32,846 nt of DNA from Nemertoderma westbladi (lineage: Eukaryota; Animalia; Xenacoelomorpha), in NCBI GenBank assembly GCA_032718475.1, contig JAUCBJ010002223.1, positions 1-32,846 of the forward strand, in the 5' to 3' direction. The notes beneath the pieces are model-generated. The model saw only the letters and a list, made by a program, of their open reading frames with translations. It did no database searches and was not told where the DNA came from. Shown one piece after another: positions 1-10,404 of the stretch (position 1 is its first letter; each line of letters starts with the position of its first letter). The position numbers were made by a program, and so were the translations under genes.

Positions 1-139
1 GGAGCTTCCTGTACAATTGCCGAAGATTCTCATTGGTTGTTACAATAGTCTCGAACTCAGACGCAGTTTCCGTGTCTACGATCGGGTTTGGGGTTACGGG
101 TACCAGCTGGCGGTTGCGTAAGTTGTAGGTGTGCGTCGC
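1..139 (-). CDS. Candidate internal coding exon of an unidentified minus-strand gene (continues off the left edge)
   Basis: Minus strand reads gtttatgtatttAG|GCG ACG CAC..., with the acceptor AG at 141-140, followed by 46 stop-free codons (ATHTYNLRNRQLVPVTPNPIVDTETASEFETIVTTNENLRQLYRKL). GC/CpG content resembles the other coding regions. No family recognised. Confidence 0.3.
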
Positions 140-214
140 CTAAATACATAAACAAATATACCTGTACTAGCTAGTACCACAATAATAGGACAAATACAAA
201 CACCACAAATGCTT

Positions 215-2203
215 ACCGCGATATAGTACAAGTATACCAGTACCGCGATATAGTACAAGTATACCAGTTCCGCGACATGGTACAAATATACCAGTACCAC
301 GATATGGTACAAATATACCAGTACCGCGATATGGTACAAATATACCCGTACCACGATATGGTACAAATATACCAGTACCACGATATGGTACAAATATACC
401 CGTACCACGATATGGTACAAATATACCAGTACCACGATATGGTACAAATATACCAGTACCGCGATATGGTACAAATATACCAGTACCACGATATGGTACA
501 AGTATACCAGTTCCGCGACATGGTACAAATATACCAGTACCGCGATGTAGTACAAGTATACCAGTACCACGATATGGTACAAATATACCAGTACCGCGAT
601 ATAGTACAAGTATACCAGTTCCGCGACATGGTACAAATATACCAGTACCACGATATGGTACAAATATACCAGTACCGCGATATGGTACAAATATACCCGT
701 ACCACGATATGGTACAAATATACCAGTACCACGATATGGTACAAATATACCCGTACCACGATATGGTACAAATATACCAGTACCACGATATGGTACAAAT
801 ATACCAGTACCGCGATATGGTACAAATATACCAGTACCACGATATGGTACAAGTATACCAGTTCCGCGACATGGTACAAATATACCAGTACCACGATATG
901 GTACAAATATACCAGTACCGCGATATGGTACAAATATACCCGTACCACGATATGGTACAAATATACCAGTACCACGATATGGTACAAATATACCAGTACC
1001 GCGATATGGTACAAATATACCAGTACCGCGATATAGTACAAGTATACCAGTTCCGCGACATGGTACAAATATACCAGTACCACGATATGGTACAAATATA
1101 CCAGTACCGCGATATGGTACAAATATACCCGTACCACGATATGGTACAAATATACCAGTACCACGATATGGTACAAATATACCAGTACCGCGACATGGTA
1201 CAAATATACCAGTACCACGATATGGTACAAATATACCAGTACCACGATATGGTACAAATATACCAGTACCACGATATGGTACAAATATACCAGTACCACG
1301 ATATGGTACAAATATACCAGTGCCGCGATATGGTACAAATATACCAGTACCACGATATGGTACAAATATACCAGTACCACGATATGGTACAAATATACCA
1401 GTACCGCGATATAGTACAATTATACCAGTACCACGATATGGTACAAATATACCAGTACCGCGATATGGTACAAATATACCAGTACCACGATATGGTACAA
1501 ATATACCAGTACCACGATATGGTACAAATATACCAGTACCGCGATATGGTAGAAATATACCAGTACCAAGATATGGTACAAATATACCAGTACCACGATA
1601 TGGTACAAACATACCAGTACCACGATATGGTACAAATATACCAGTACCACGATATGGTACAAATATACCAGTACCACGAGATGGTACAAATATACCAGTA
1701 CCGCGATATGGTACAAATATACCAATACCACGATATGGTACAAATATACCAGTACCGCGATATGGTACAAATATACCAGTACCACGATATGGTACAAATA
1801 TACCAGTAAAACGATATGGTACAAACATACCAGTACCACGATATGGTACAAATATACCAGTAAAACGATATGGTACAAATATACCAGTACCGCGATATGG
1901 TACAAATATACCAGTACCACGATATGGTACAAATATACCAGTACCACGATATGGTACAAATATACCAGTACCACGATATGGTACAAATATACCAGTACCA
2001 CGATATGGTACAAATATACCAGTACCACGATATGGTACAAATATACCAGTACCACGATATGGTACAAATATACCAGTACCACGATATGGTACAAATATAC
2101 CAGTACCACGATATGGTACAAATATACCAGTACCACGATATGGTACAAATATACCAGTACCACGATATGGTACAAATATACCAGTACCACGATATGGTAC
2201 AAA
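215..2203. repeat. 27-bp minisatellite, consensus GTACCACGATATGGTACAAATATACCA, about 74 copies
   Basis: Tandem periodicity is directly visible, and the ORF track shows a 9-aa period (MVQIYQYHD, PRYGTNIPV, GTGIFVPYR). Degenerate proto-units lie at ~151-215. Confidence 0.97.
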
Positions 2204-2204
2204 T

Positions 2205-3270
2205 TAGTGTTTAAACGGGAACACACGTTTCGGGATTTCCAGGATCGGGACCGGGATTATCACTCTCGGGATCCCGATTTTCGGGATTGAAATTTGGGAT
2301 AAAATTATAATAATATATAGGTTTATTGCACTATCATGGGCCCTGAGGCCCTTGAAAGCAACATATAAATAAAATAGCCAAGTAGTTAACCCCTATTAGT
2401 TAGTTGACTTGGCTATATCTCCTTAAAATGTACATAGTTTAGTTTTTAATGGTTAAACGACTTTAGAAATCTTCTTTAATTACAAAATTAATAAACTTGT
2501 CGTATCTTATTTTGAAACCCGCCACTGACGTTGCGCGCGCATTGTGTCTCTTGAGGGAGGTTGTTCCAGTCATTTACAACACGACAGCTAAAAAATTATT
2601 TCGAAACTCCCGCTTAGACTTAAGAGGAACTACACTCAACTTGGGTATTGGTGCCCCATTATTCGACATCGAAACCAATTTGTCTTGTTTGATTCGGACG
2701 GCTGGAGTCTTGCAACTTGAACCATTTATTTTCAATATTATCTATACTGTTGATAATTTTTAAGGTTTGAATCATTCTTTTTCTCCAATCTGATAGAGTT
2801 GTAAGACCGATCTGAGCTAATTTCTCCTTATAAGATCGCGTCAGACCTGCAATATTCCTAACAAATCTTCTCTGAACGTCCTCAATCAAATTAACAGCCA
2901 TGGATTCCATGCCTGGTTTGAGTATTCTAAATGGAACCAAATACGGTGTTTATATAGTTGAACAAGATTATGCTTGTCACGATATGTGAAAGTTGCCAAT
3001 AGCTGTCCGACAGTCCGACATGTTTATTTGCCTTCAGTTATTAAGTATAAGTGACGGGTTTTGGGTAACACTCACTTTATCTTACACTTCTGAAATAATT
3101 GTAAGATAAAGTTATATTAAAATTATCTTAGAATTGATTACTGGATGGTTTACTGACATATCAATTCGATATAATCATAACAATTCCCTTCTGCTGCAAC
3201 TATTTATCAGATATTCAAGAAATTTACTTAATAACTGTTTGTACTTCGGGATCCCGTTCCAAAAACAGTT
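2205..3270. mobile_element. Possible decayed hAT-like non-autonomous element (MITE), interrupted by a LINE fragment
   Basis: Starts TAGTGTTTAAACGGGA, followed by clustered CGGGAT/CGGGATCCCG subterminal motifs (2231-2300). A matching CGGGATCCCGTTCCAAAAACA occurs at ~3247-3267. TIRs are imperfect and no TSD was found. Confidence 0.35.
2305..3030 (-). mobile_element. 5'-truncated, decayed non-LTR retrotransposon (CR1/L2-type LINE): ORF2 C-terminus plus 3' UTR
   Basis: ORF 2659..2940 reads NLIEDVQRRFVRNIAGLTRSYKEKLAQIGLTTLSDWRKRMIQTLKII, matching the LExVQRRxTK...SYxERLxxLxLxxLxxRR post-RT motif. Another frame at ~2550-2610 reads FRNNFFSCRVVNDWNNLPQ (FFxxRVxxxWNxLP motif). Frameshifted. AATAAA and an AT-rich tail lie at ~2305-2327 on the minus strand. 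Confidence 0.8.
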
Positions 3271-3308
3271 GACTTGTTTAATTTCATTATCGTTCGTTGT
3301 ATCAACAT

Positions 3309-4935
3309 TAGGGTGTCCCAAAAAAATAAAAATTTCGAAAATGTCCGCTCTCACCCCAAAATCAGTTGCTCCTTCCCAAAATAATAGTTCTTTCAAAGTT
3401 TGAGGACTTTTGAAAGTGTTTCAGAGGTACCTCAAAGACAGGAAAGATTTCGGCGACTTACGTGATTCATCGCGTAAGGTACTATTATGCGTATAATATT
3501 ATCTCTAGAATTGAAATACGGAGCTGAAAATGAAGCAAACCATTAAACTTATAATTTCACAAGCTCTCTTTTGAGTGGTTGCATTAATATGTTTCAATTT
3601 TATGATTTAAAAATATAATACCAGCAGGTCAGGCGAGATTGATTTAAATTAATACTAATAAATATATCACAATAAATGAATAAATTGACAATATCAATAA
3701 GAAACATGCGCTGTGATTAGTATTAACAAATAATAATATTGACTATATACAATATATAGATAGGACCTACTACAGTTTCATACAACAGTGCTTGTGAGAT
3801 CACCAGTCACAACAAAGATAAATTAAAAAAAAAATTAATACTAAATGAAAGTCCTATGAGTTTTACAATAATTAAAGCTTCATTAAGCATGAGCTATCAG
3901 TTGATGTAAAGTTCTTTCTATGCCACTCAACAAATTGCAGCAGATATTGCTTTTGATCTTCATCAACAGTAGAAGAGTTAAACTCTTTTATAAGTCCAAT
4001 AAATTGCTCAGCAAGGTCATTAACTACTGCTAAGTTGTCTACTAGTTCTTTCCCATTACAGTATGAACGACATTTAGGCCACTCAGTAACAGGAACCTGC
4101 AAAAAGGTGATATCTATGCCCATAATTTCAAAGAATGACTTTGACGGGGTCAATTCACATACATTTGTCGGTAAAACTCTCAGTTTGTGAGAACGATCCT
4201 TCTCAATGATGTTTTCAGTTATCTTCTGTTTATCAGAATCAGAAATTGTACTGGTGAAGATAATAAGGGCAGAGAGCTCGGGGGTTGAGTACCATGAATG
4301 CCGCAACATTGTCCTTAATCCTGCTTCTTTGATTTGTGGATCATCATAGTCATTGAGTAGTTGAATGACATTAATGTCATTCAAGGGAGCATCCGATGAG
4401 ATTCTACAAGAGAACCATGCCTTCAAGTATATTGCTATAACAAATCGGTTAAATCTTTGCACAGCTAGTAATTCCGATCCATGGAGTTTCATGTTCGTTT
4501 CATTGCCATTATATAATATTTCACAATTAAGTGTATATATGGCCTTTGCCATCCAACGGGCATGGTGCATTGCTCCAGGTTTTCGAATAACGAAATCACA
4601 AGAAATGCCAGTAAACCATGCTGCTAGCTGCAAAAATTCGCGATAATCCTCACGTGAATCCTCTCGTGAATAGCTATCACATCATGAGTTGCTGATTCTA
4701 AAGGTGTGCCGTCACGTTTGGCCTTATTGAGGATTGGCCAACATTCTTTTATTCGTTTAAACAATGCGACATCAGGCCCGCTCGATGGTCCAAAACACAC
4801 AACGAACACATCCCCCAAGAATACTTCGTACATGTGATGTCTACACGACAGCCATAGTATATCCTTCTTTAGTTCCTTCTAAATTATCATTGCAGCACCT
4901 TTATGCCTGCCAGTGTTGCTATAAGTAGTGTAACG
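3309..4935 (-). mobile_element. Truncated hAT-superfamily (hATm-like) DNA transposon, 3' half only
   Basis: Terminus-like TAGGGTGTCCC at 3309 lies downstream of a broken transposase. No matching second terminus was found, and the transposase homology stops at ~4935. Confidence 0.65.
3872..4933 (-). pseudogene. Transposase pseudogene (hATm-like DDE transposase)
   Basis: Motifs in order: YTTYSNTGRHKGA (decayed DTTxSNTG), LWLSCRHH (CxxH), REDYREFLQL, PGAMHHARWMAKAIY, LRHSWY, VVNDLAE. In-frame TAG at 4881-4879 and a frameshift between ORFs 4624..4833 and 3872..4633. Confidence 0.8.
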
Positions 4936-6154
4936 TAACAACAACATAGTGGAGCTGGAAAGGGTACACTTTTAATTGCCCCCCCCCCCCTCCATACACT
5001 AATGGTATGAGGTCCACTAGTTACAAATTTACAATGTCGTAACTGTTGTGATAACCGGTTAATCGATAACCGAAGTAACGTATCCTCACTATTTATCGTA
5101 ACTTGTGATCCACAAATAAATATAGAAAATGTTTAGTTAGTTTGTAAAATCATTACAATTTAATAATCACCACAGAATAAAGATCAAGCGATTTCGTCGG
5201 CGCATTAATAAATTAAATACCAGTGATCCCATGCTAATGAACGAACGAAGAATGACAGATTATATTAAAAAAATATATCTAATAATTTAATAACCTTTAA
5301 TCAATAATTATGTAGCTTGTAAAAAATTTAAATGAAAAAAAAATATGTACCAATGAAATCTAGGAATGAATGTTTGTTAGAGCTGGACAATTTAAATTTT
5401 TTTATGAATTTTAAGACAAAACTCTTTTATGTTATTATATTATGATATGATTAGCATTAAATACTCGCCAATCAATAAAACGATTATTAGATGAGTAGAT
5501 AATTTTGTCAGATCCTGAATGCTTGTTAGCTTGCGAGACTGCTTGATTAGCACATCGACAATGTAAGTAGAGAGTTTCAATAATATCACCAATTATATAC
5601 ATAATTAATTAATTATAATCGACGTTCAACATTAACCAGACAAAATACCTTACGTCTGTACGGTAACTAATATATACCTACATGACACACGGAAACACTT
5701 TATCATTACGTAAAGCACAATAGTGGTCACAAAAAAAGCTAAGCCAACATGGTAACAATGACATGTAAATATTTTAATAAAGTAATATATAGTCAGTGTT
5801 TATTGCTGTAGATATAGAATTCTGTTATTAAAAAAAAATAAATACGAAAGGTCAGTTAAGGAATTTGTCACAAAAAACATTTTGCCTATAGAAACAATTG
5901 GTGCAGCATCTTAGGTAGGAGAATATTACGATGATACACAATACTCAACTGCTTTACTATAACACCGTGTAATAATAGTCTATAAGCAGACTGCCGTTCG
6001 CTTGTACTGTATAACAACACTGAGTGGTCGGTAACAGCCGGACGGACTAATGAGATCGGCACTGCGGTAAATACGTCGACCCCTTACCAGAACAATGGCG
6101 TCCACAGCACAATCCAAAAGGATGAATTACCAGCTACTAGAACCCGCGATATCG

Positions 6155-7678
6155 TTAGAGTTCAACGCGATCGGATGGAGAACCTCGACTAGGTCTGGTA
6201 TCCGTTAAAGTCCCGGATTTAATGAGATCCTTTCGGATCATGAGAGCGCAGTTCCGGGCGCCGATGGCGGACATCTCGGCGGCAGAGGCCGCCCACTCGA
6301 TGGCGTTAATGTAGCAGAGACGATCGGCCAATCGGAAGGGAGGAAAACTGGAAGAGTTCAAACTGGGGAAGTGCGGATAGGCGGCCGTCCAATCAACGAC
6401 CCGCACCTCGTCGTAGTTGGAGAACAGCTGATTCAACTCATTCTGAGTCAGCAGTTTCTTCGAGAAGACTTTCCAGTAGCGATTGGATGTGTTCGAGGAA
6501 GGTTCTGTGGTAGGGAGGTTGACTGCGAGACTGTTGAACATGTCGGTGGAGTTATCGGTGGTTAGAACGGCTCGCGGGCATTGCGAAGGTGAATCGCAGT
6601 TAAAGTACTCCGCGTTGGGGGAGCCGGACACGAAACTGGCGACGGTTCGATGGAAGCGACCGGGGAACGGGAAGCTGACACCGGGGACACCGGATATCGT
6701 CAGGTTGCTGGTGTCCGCAGTCAGCGGGGTTGCCACGACAACCGCGTCGCATAGCAACGCGGAGACGCTGTCCCCCCGGGCGGAGGGGACCACGGTAACG
6801 GCGTATCCGCGGTCCGTGGCGACGATGGAAGTCGCGGTCCCGCGGACGAGGTTCGCGGATCGGTGGATGAGCGCCTCTACGACCAACCGGTTGCCACCCC
6901 GAACCGACCAGAGCCCGGGCATAGCGCCCGCAACGCCCACCGCCCCCGAGAATCCGTTGAGTTGGGAGGCGGACTGGCCGTAATTAACCCGGGATACCGC
7001 CCCGATTAGTTCCCTAAGGAAACGCTCTGAGAACCCGGAGCCTTCCATAAACTTGTAGAGATTCTTCCCAACTGCCCCGCCTAAACCCGCGGTTTCTATC
7101 AGCTCCGCCACGCTATCGAATACTCTCCCATCATCCTGCTCTTTGTAGATATTCATAAACTTCCCAATAAAGTCGTTGACCCAGTAATGAAGCCGAAACG
7201 CGTCCAGACCGTATCTCCATAGAAACGAAATGTAATTGAGTGCGGTGTATTGGGATTCGAGGAATGCGAACTTTGTTCCATCCCAGAGACCCATCGGCTC
7301 AGATGGGGGTTTCTTCTTGTGTAGACCCAACAGACTAGTAAAGTTTACCATGTATCTATTGGCGGGATGTATTATAGAGCCGCCTGACTCGTGTGGTAGA
7401 CCCCCTAGATTGATGGTTGCTAAACGACCGCCAACAGTAGCGGTTTCTATGACGGTTATAGAAGCCTTAGGGACTAGGTCTCGCAGGAAGTAGGAGGTGG
7501 CCGCCCCGCCTATACCGCCTCCTATTATACAGATAGAGGGCGCCGCCAGGTCGTTGGGGCTTTCATTAGCATCGGAAACACAATCGGTAGATCCACACAA
7601 AAACAATAGGGCCAACAATAATATCATTCGATGAGAAAGCATTGTTACCAAGAGATAGGCAGATAGCGAGATAGGCAT
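6155..7678 (-). CDS. PCYOX1: Prenylcysteine oxidase (FAD-dependent prenylcysteine lyase), single-exon CDS
   Basis: Signal peptide (MILLLALLFLCGSTDC), Rossmann motif IIGGGIGGAATSYFL, VGGRLAT, ESGGSIIHPANRYM, SRVNYGQ, LWSVRGGNRLV, YINAIEWAASAAEMSAIGARNCA and a KDEL-like C-terminus RVEL. The listed ORF start (7699) is TTG; candidate ATGs are 7678, 7642 and 7627. PCYOX1 vs PCYOX1L cannot be resolved. Confidence 0.93.
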   Translation of the reverse strand: MPISLSAYLLVTMLSHRMILLLALLFLCGSTDCVSDANESPNDLAAPSICIIGGGIGGAATSYFLRDLVPKASITVIETATVGGRLATINLGGLPHESGGSIIHPANRYMVNFTSLLGLHKKKPPSEPMGLWDGTKFAFLESQYTALNYISFLWRYGLDAFRLHYWVNDFIGKFMNIYKEQDDGRVFDSVAELIETAGLGGAVGKNLYKFMEGSGFSERFLRELIGAVSRVNYGQSASQLNGFSGAVGVAGAMPGLWSVRGGNRLVVEALIHRSANLVRGTATSIVATDRGYAVTVVPSARGDSVSALLCDAVVVATPLTADTSNLTISGVPGVSFPFPGRFHRTVASFVSGSPNAEYFNCDSPSQCPRAVLTTDNSTDMFNSLAVNLPTTEPSSNTSNRYWKVFSKKLLTQNELNQLFSNYDEVRVVDWTAAYPHFPSLNSSSFPPFRLADRLCYINAIEWAASAAEMSAIGARNCALMIRKDLIKSGTLTDTRPSRGSPSDRVEL

Positions 7679-8226
7679 AAGAATACGAAATACACCCAAA
7701 TAGCGATAGGCCTACAGAGATATGATAATAATGATATCCTACACTATCAGATCAGGTCTGGCAGTATGTCAGACGAATATGGAATACGGTACTACCGTAC
7801 TCGTGTACTGTAAGCTACTTGGAGTAACGGCAATTGCACAGCTGTTAAAGGTGTTATATACGGCTGAAAGATATGAATGTTGTTCTTGTTAGGAAGTCTT
7901 CAATCCAGTCTAGAAAGTTTGAACTCCACCAAAATCTAACCAACGATTATTTTCAATGGTTATTTTAAATGTCAATGGTTTTATAGTTCGAGCAGCAAAA
8001 TTAAAAATAATTTATTAGTATAACATAAGTTAGGATATTAGAGGGAAATTTGAATCAGAAAGATACCTAATGCTAATACAGCAGTCAGTAGGCCTAACTA
8101 GTTAATGTGAAACACTGAGCGTAGTAGGTCAACACTGCAACAAAAGTAATATAATCATTCTTCTTCTGTCAGTCTGTACGACAACAACTGTAATAGACAA
8201 TATAGTTAGTTATTATACCTTTAACG
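7679..8226. promoter_or_regulatory. Probable bidirectional promoter region between divergent PCYOX1 and FAM185A-like genes
   Basis: Head-to-head start codons ~550 bp apart with an AT-rich spacer. Inferred from gene geometry only. Confidence 0.5.
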
Positions 8227-9321
8227 ATGTGTCGGCAGTTTTTGTTGCTTTTATCCAAAAGCGCTAATAAAATAATCGGCAGTCCCAAACCACGTTGTCT
8301 ACACACGGGTCAGCTAAACTACGCACGGGGAAACATCGTGAAACAATCAATGGGAATGTTCGGAGTCTTTCATTTGAAGGCTGACCTCATAGGTAAACTA
8401 ATAATCGATACGGCGGACCCGCTAGACTACCCAAGTGGGGAAGTTGCTGTAATCCAACACGATCTAACGGAACCGGTAGACTGCGAGACAGACAGAGAAG
8501 GAGGCGTAAGGTGCACGGTACCGGAGGCACCGACCGCTACGGTAAGGTGTTCCATCCCACCCAGAGCTAATCTATCTGTAGTAACCGAGAAATGCCAGTC
8601 GTTAATAGTAGACCACTTGGAGAACGACAGTATAGATATTGATATCGGAAAAGGCGACTGCAAATTAATTAACTTGCGAAGTCAAACGTGTAGTGTATTT
8701 GTACGGGAAGGGAATGTAATGTCCACGGGAGTGTTACTGGGGAAACTGTCAGCGAACTTGGGGAATAATTCATCGTTTACGTGTGACAACATCCAAGGTG
8801 GACCTGTTGATATCAGGTCAGAAGCAGGTGAGGTCAGAGTGGATGCCTTATACGGAGATAGTGCCGCGGTCCAATCAAACTCAGGTGCAATCCTTATTGG
8901 TAGTTGTCATGGAAACGTGACGTGTAGGAGTGACTCGGGGGATGTGGATATTAAGTCGGTTTACGGGTCTGCCTGTCTTTCGAGTGGTTCTGGAAATGTG
9001 ACCGCTTACATTGATAAACTAATAACGGGATCAGTTAATAATGGGCTGGTAGTTAATACGGATACAGGGAATATTGCGATATCCCTTCCAGAAGATATCA
9101 ACGCGAATATTAATATTTCTGCTCGGGACTTTGATATCGATAGTGATATAGATCTTGTTGTAGACAGCGATGAAGTTATTGATGGAGATACGAAAAACGT
9201 GGTCGGGCAGGTAGGGTATCAGGATACCGATACATTAATAGAGGCGATATCAGCTCAAGGTGACGTGAGTGTCACTAGGAAATCTTGGTTCCAGACAACG
9301 GGTATTGGACTAACTGATTAA
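8227..9321 (+). CDS. FAM185A: FAM185A-like protein (DUF4097/putative adhesin beta-repeat), probably mitochondrial, single-exon CDS
   Basis: Basic, acid-free N-terminus resembling a transit peptide; DPLDYP motif; repeated SxxGxVxI beta-strand units (SEAGEVRV, SNSGAILI, SDSGDVDI, SGSGNVTA, TDTGNIAI); C-terminal SWFQ as remembered for FAM185A. Confidence 0.8.
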   Translation: MCRQFLLLLSKSANKIIGSPKPRCLHTGQLNYARGNIVKQSMGMFGVFHLKADLIGKLIIDTADPLDYPSGEVAVIQHDLTEPVDCETDREGGVRCTVPEAPTATVRCSIPPRANLSVVTEKCQSLIVDHLENDSIDIDIGKGDCKLINLRSQTCSVFVREGNVMSTGVLLGKLSANLGNNSSFTCDNIQGGPVDIRSEAGEVRVDALYGDSAAVQSNSGAILIGSCHGNVTCRSDSGDVDIKSVYGSACLSSGSGNVTAYIDKLITGSVNNGLVVNTDTGNIAISLPEDINANINISARDFDIDSDIDLVVDSDEVIDGDTKNVVGQVGYQDTDTLIEAISAQGDVSVTRKSWFQTTGIGLTD

Positions 9322-9858
9322 ATATATTCGTGTTTGGCTACCTATTTGTGAGACAGGGGGGAACTGGGCGCAAATCCCATCACGGGCGAATCTCGTATCA
9401 ATGTTAAATTATAAATTTAGGGAAAGGAGCAGGTTACCGTGGAACGTTATCAGTAATCAGCTGTTACTTGCGTCGATTTTCCCCTGGAGAGGTATGGATT
9501 TTGATTGCGTCGAAAATTTTTCCCCTATCCGACATTTTGTTATTACTACAGTAGTTAGAAACAGCAATTAATTGCGTTATTTATTTTGTTTGCTTATAAA
9601 AAGTCATAATTTTATAATATTAACAATGTAAATGTCAGTAATGTCCACTAATGTCACAACATGTCCTTAGTAAGAAACAAATGGATGGGAAGGTGGTTGT
9701 TGGTGTTAGAAAGGAGGGGCGGGTGGCTGGTTTGGGCTAGAAGTGGTTAGAATTGAAGAGCTTTTAAAAAAGGTATATATAAATGGGTCACATTTCTCAA
9801 ACATGAGTTGACATAATAGTAATAGCTCTGGGTCATAATCTAATAGCTATGACAGGTG

Positions 9859-9882
9859 CCCCCCCCCCCCCCCCCCCCCCCC
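9859..9882. repeat. Poly-C tract (C24; G24 on the minus strand)
   Basis: Directly visible. A shorter C12 lies at 4979-4990. Confidence 0.9.
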
Positions 9883-9923
9883 TTCCTACTACCCTCTTCC
9901 CTATTCCACCCCTCATTACTAAC

Positions 9924-10240
9924 AGGGGTGCCAAAGCTCCGTCTACCCGGGGGTCTTCTCGAATAACCACCGTTCGATCCATTCAAAGAGTTCGTCGAAT
10001 CGGGTAGCATTGAACTAGAACTCGCAAGATCTGCAAATAAATATATAAAAATGATACATTAAGGTTGAAGCTGTGTAATATAGGGGAGGTGACATTGAGA
10101 GATAGGTGGTGGATTTGCAGGACATTACATGGAGAGAATAAGGATCAATTTTGGTTAAGACTTGACAACCAATCCCTAACCAAAATTTTAAACTAAATAC
10201 CCCATAACACAGCAATGCCAATAATGATATACACCACAAA
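9924..10240 (-). other. Candidate two-exon fragment of a small unannotated minus-strand gene (exons 10240-10201 and 10030-~9924)
   Basis: Acceptor cttatttacAG (10242-10241), donor GTATTT (10200), 170-nt intron, acceptor tatttatttgcAG (10032-10031), possible donor GTTAGT (9923). The spliced frame is open: FVVYIIIGIAVLWDLASSSSMLPDSTNSLNGSNGGYSRRPPGRRSFGTP. Confidence 0.3.
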
Positions 10241-10404
10241 CTGTAAATAAGTAGTACGAGTTACGGATATGAACTGAACTGAACAGCTGTACAGCGGCAC
10301 AGCTGAACAGCTGTGTTGCACAGTTGTAGTCCAGTGTTAGTCATCGCTGCCTGTCTCTTAGATATTCCATCTCCACTGAATAGGTTACTAAAACTGCACA
10401 GAGT

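Noticed and set aside
215-2203. CRISPR-like appearance (27-bp repeat with an internal hairpin)
   Set aside because: Units are head-to-tail with no unique spacers, there are no cas genes, and the context is eukaryotic.
94-2226. Overlapping 9-aa repeat ORFs on both strands (the consensus unit is stop-free in all six frames)
   Set aside because: A consequence of a 27-bp unit; six-frame openness is not very improbable for so short a monomer, and nothing favours one frame.
9840-10030. Selenoprotein K/S-like reading (TM segment followed by a G/R/P-rich tail)
   Set aside because: No in-frame GGUG-type TGA near the C-terminus and no recognisable SECIS; the frame through G24 ends TCHSY-stop.
10284-10313. 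Three CAGCTG E-boxes within 30 bp
   Set aside because: Part of a low-complexity local duplication (GAACTGAACAGCTG); no independent support for a regulatory role.
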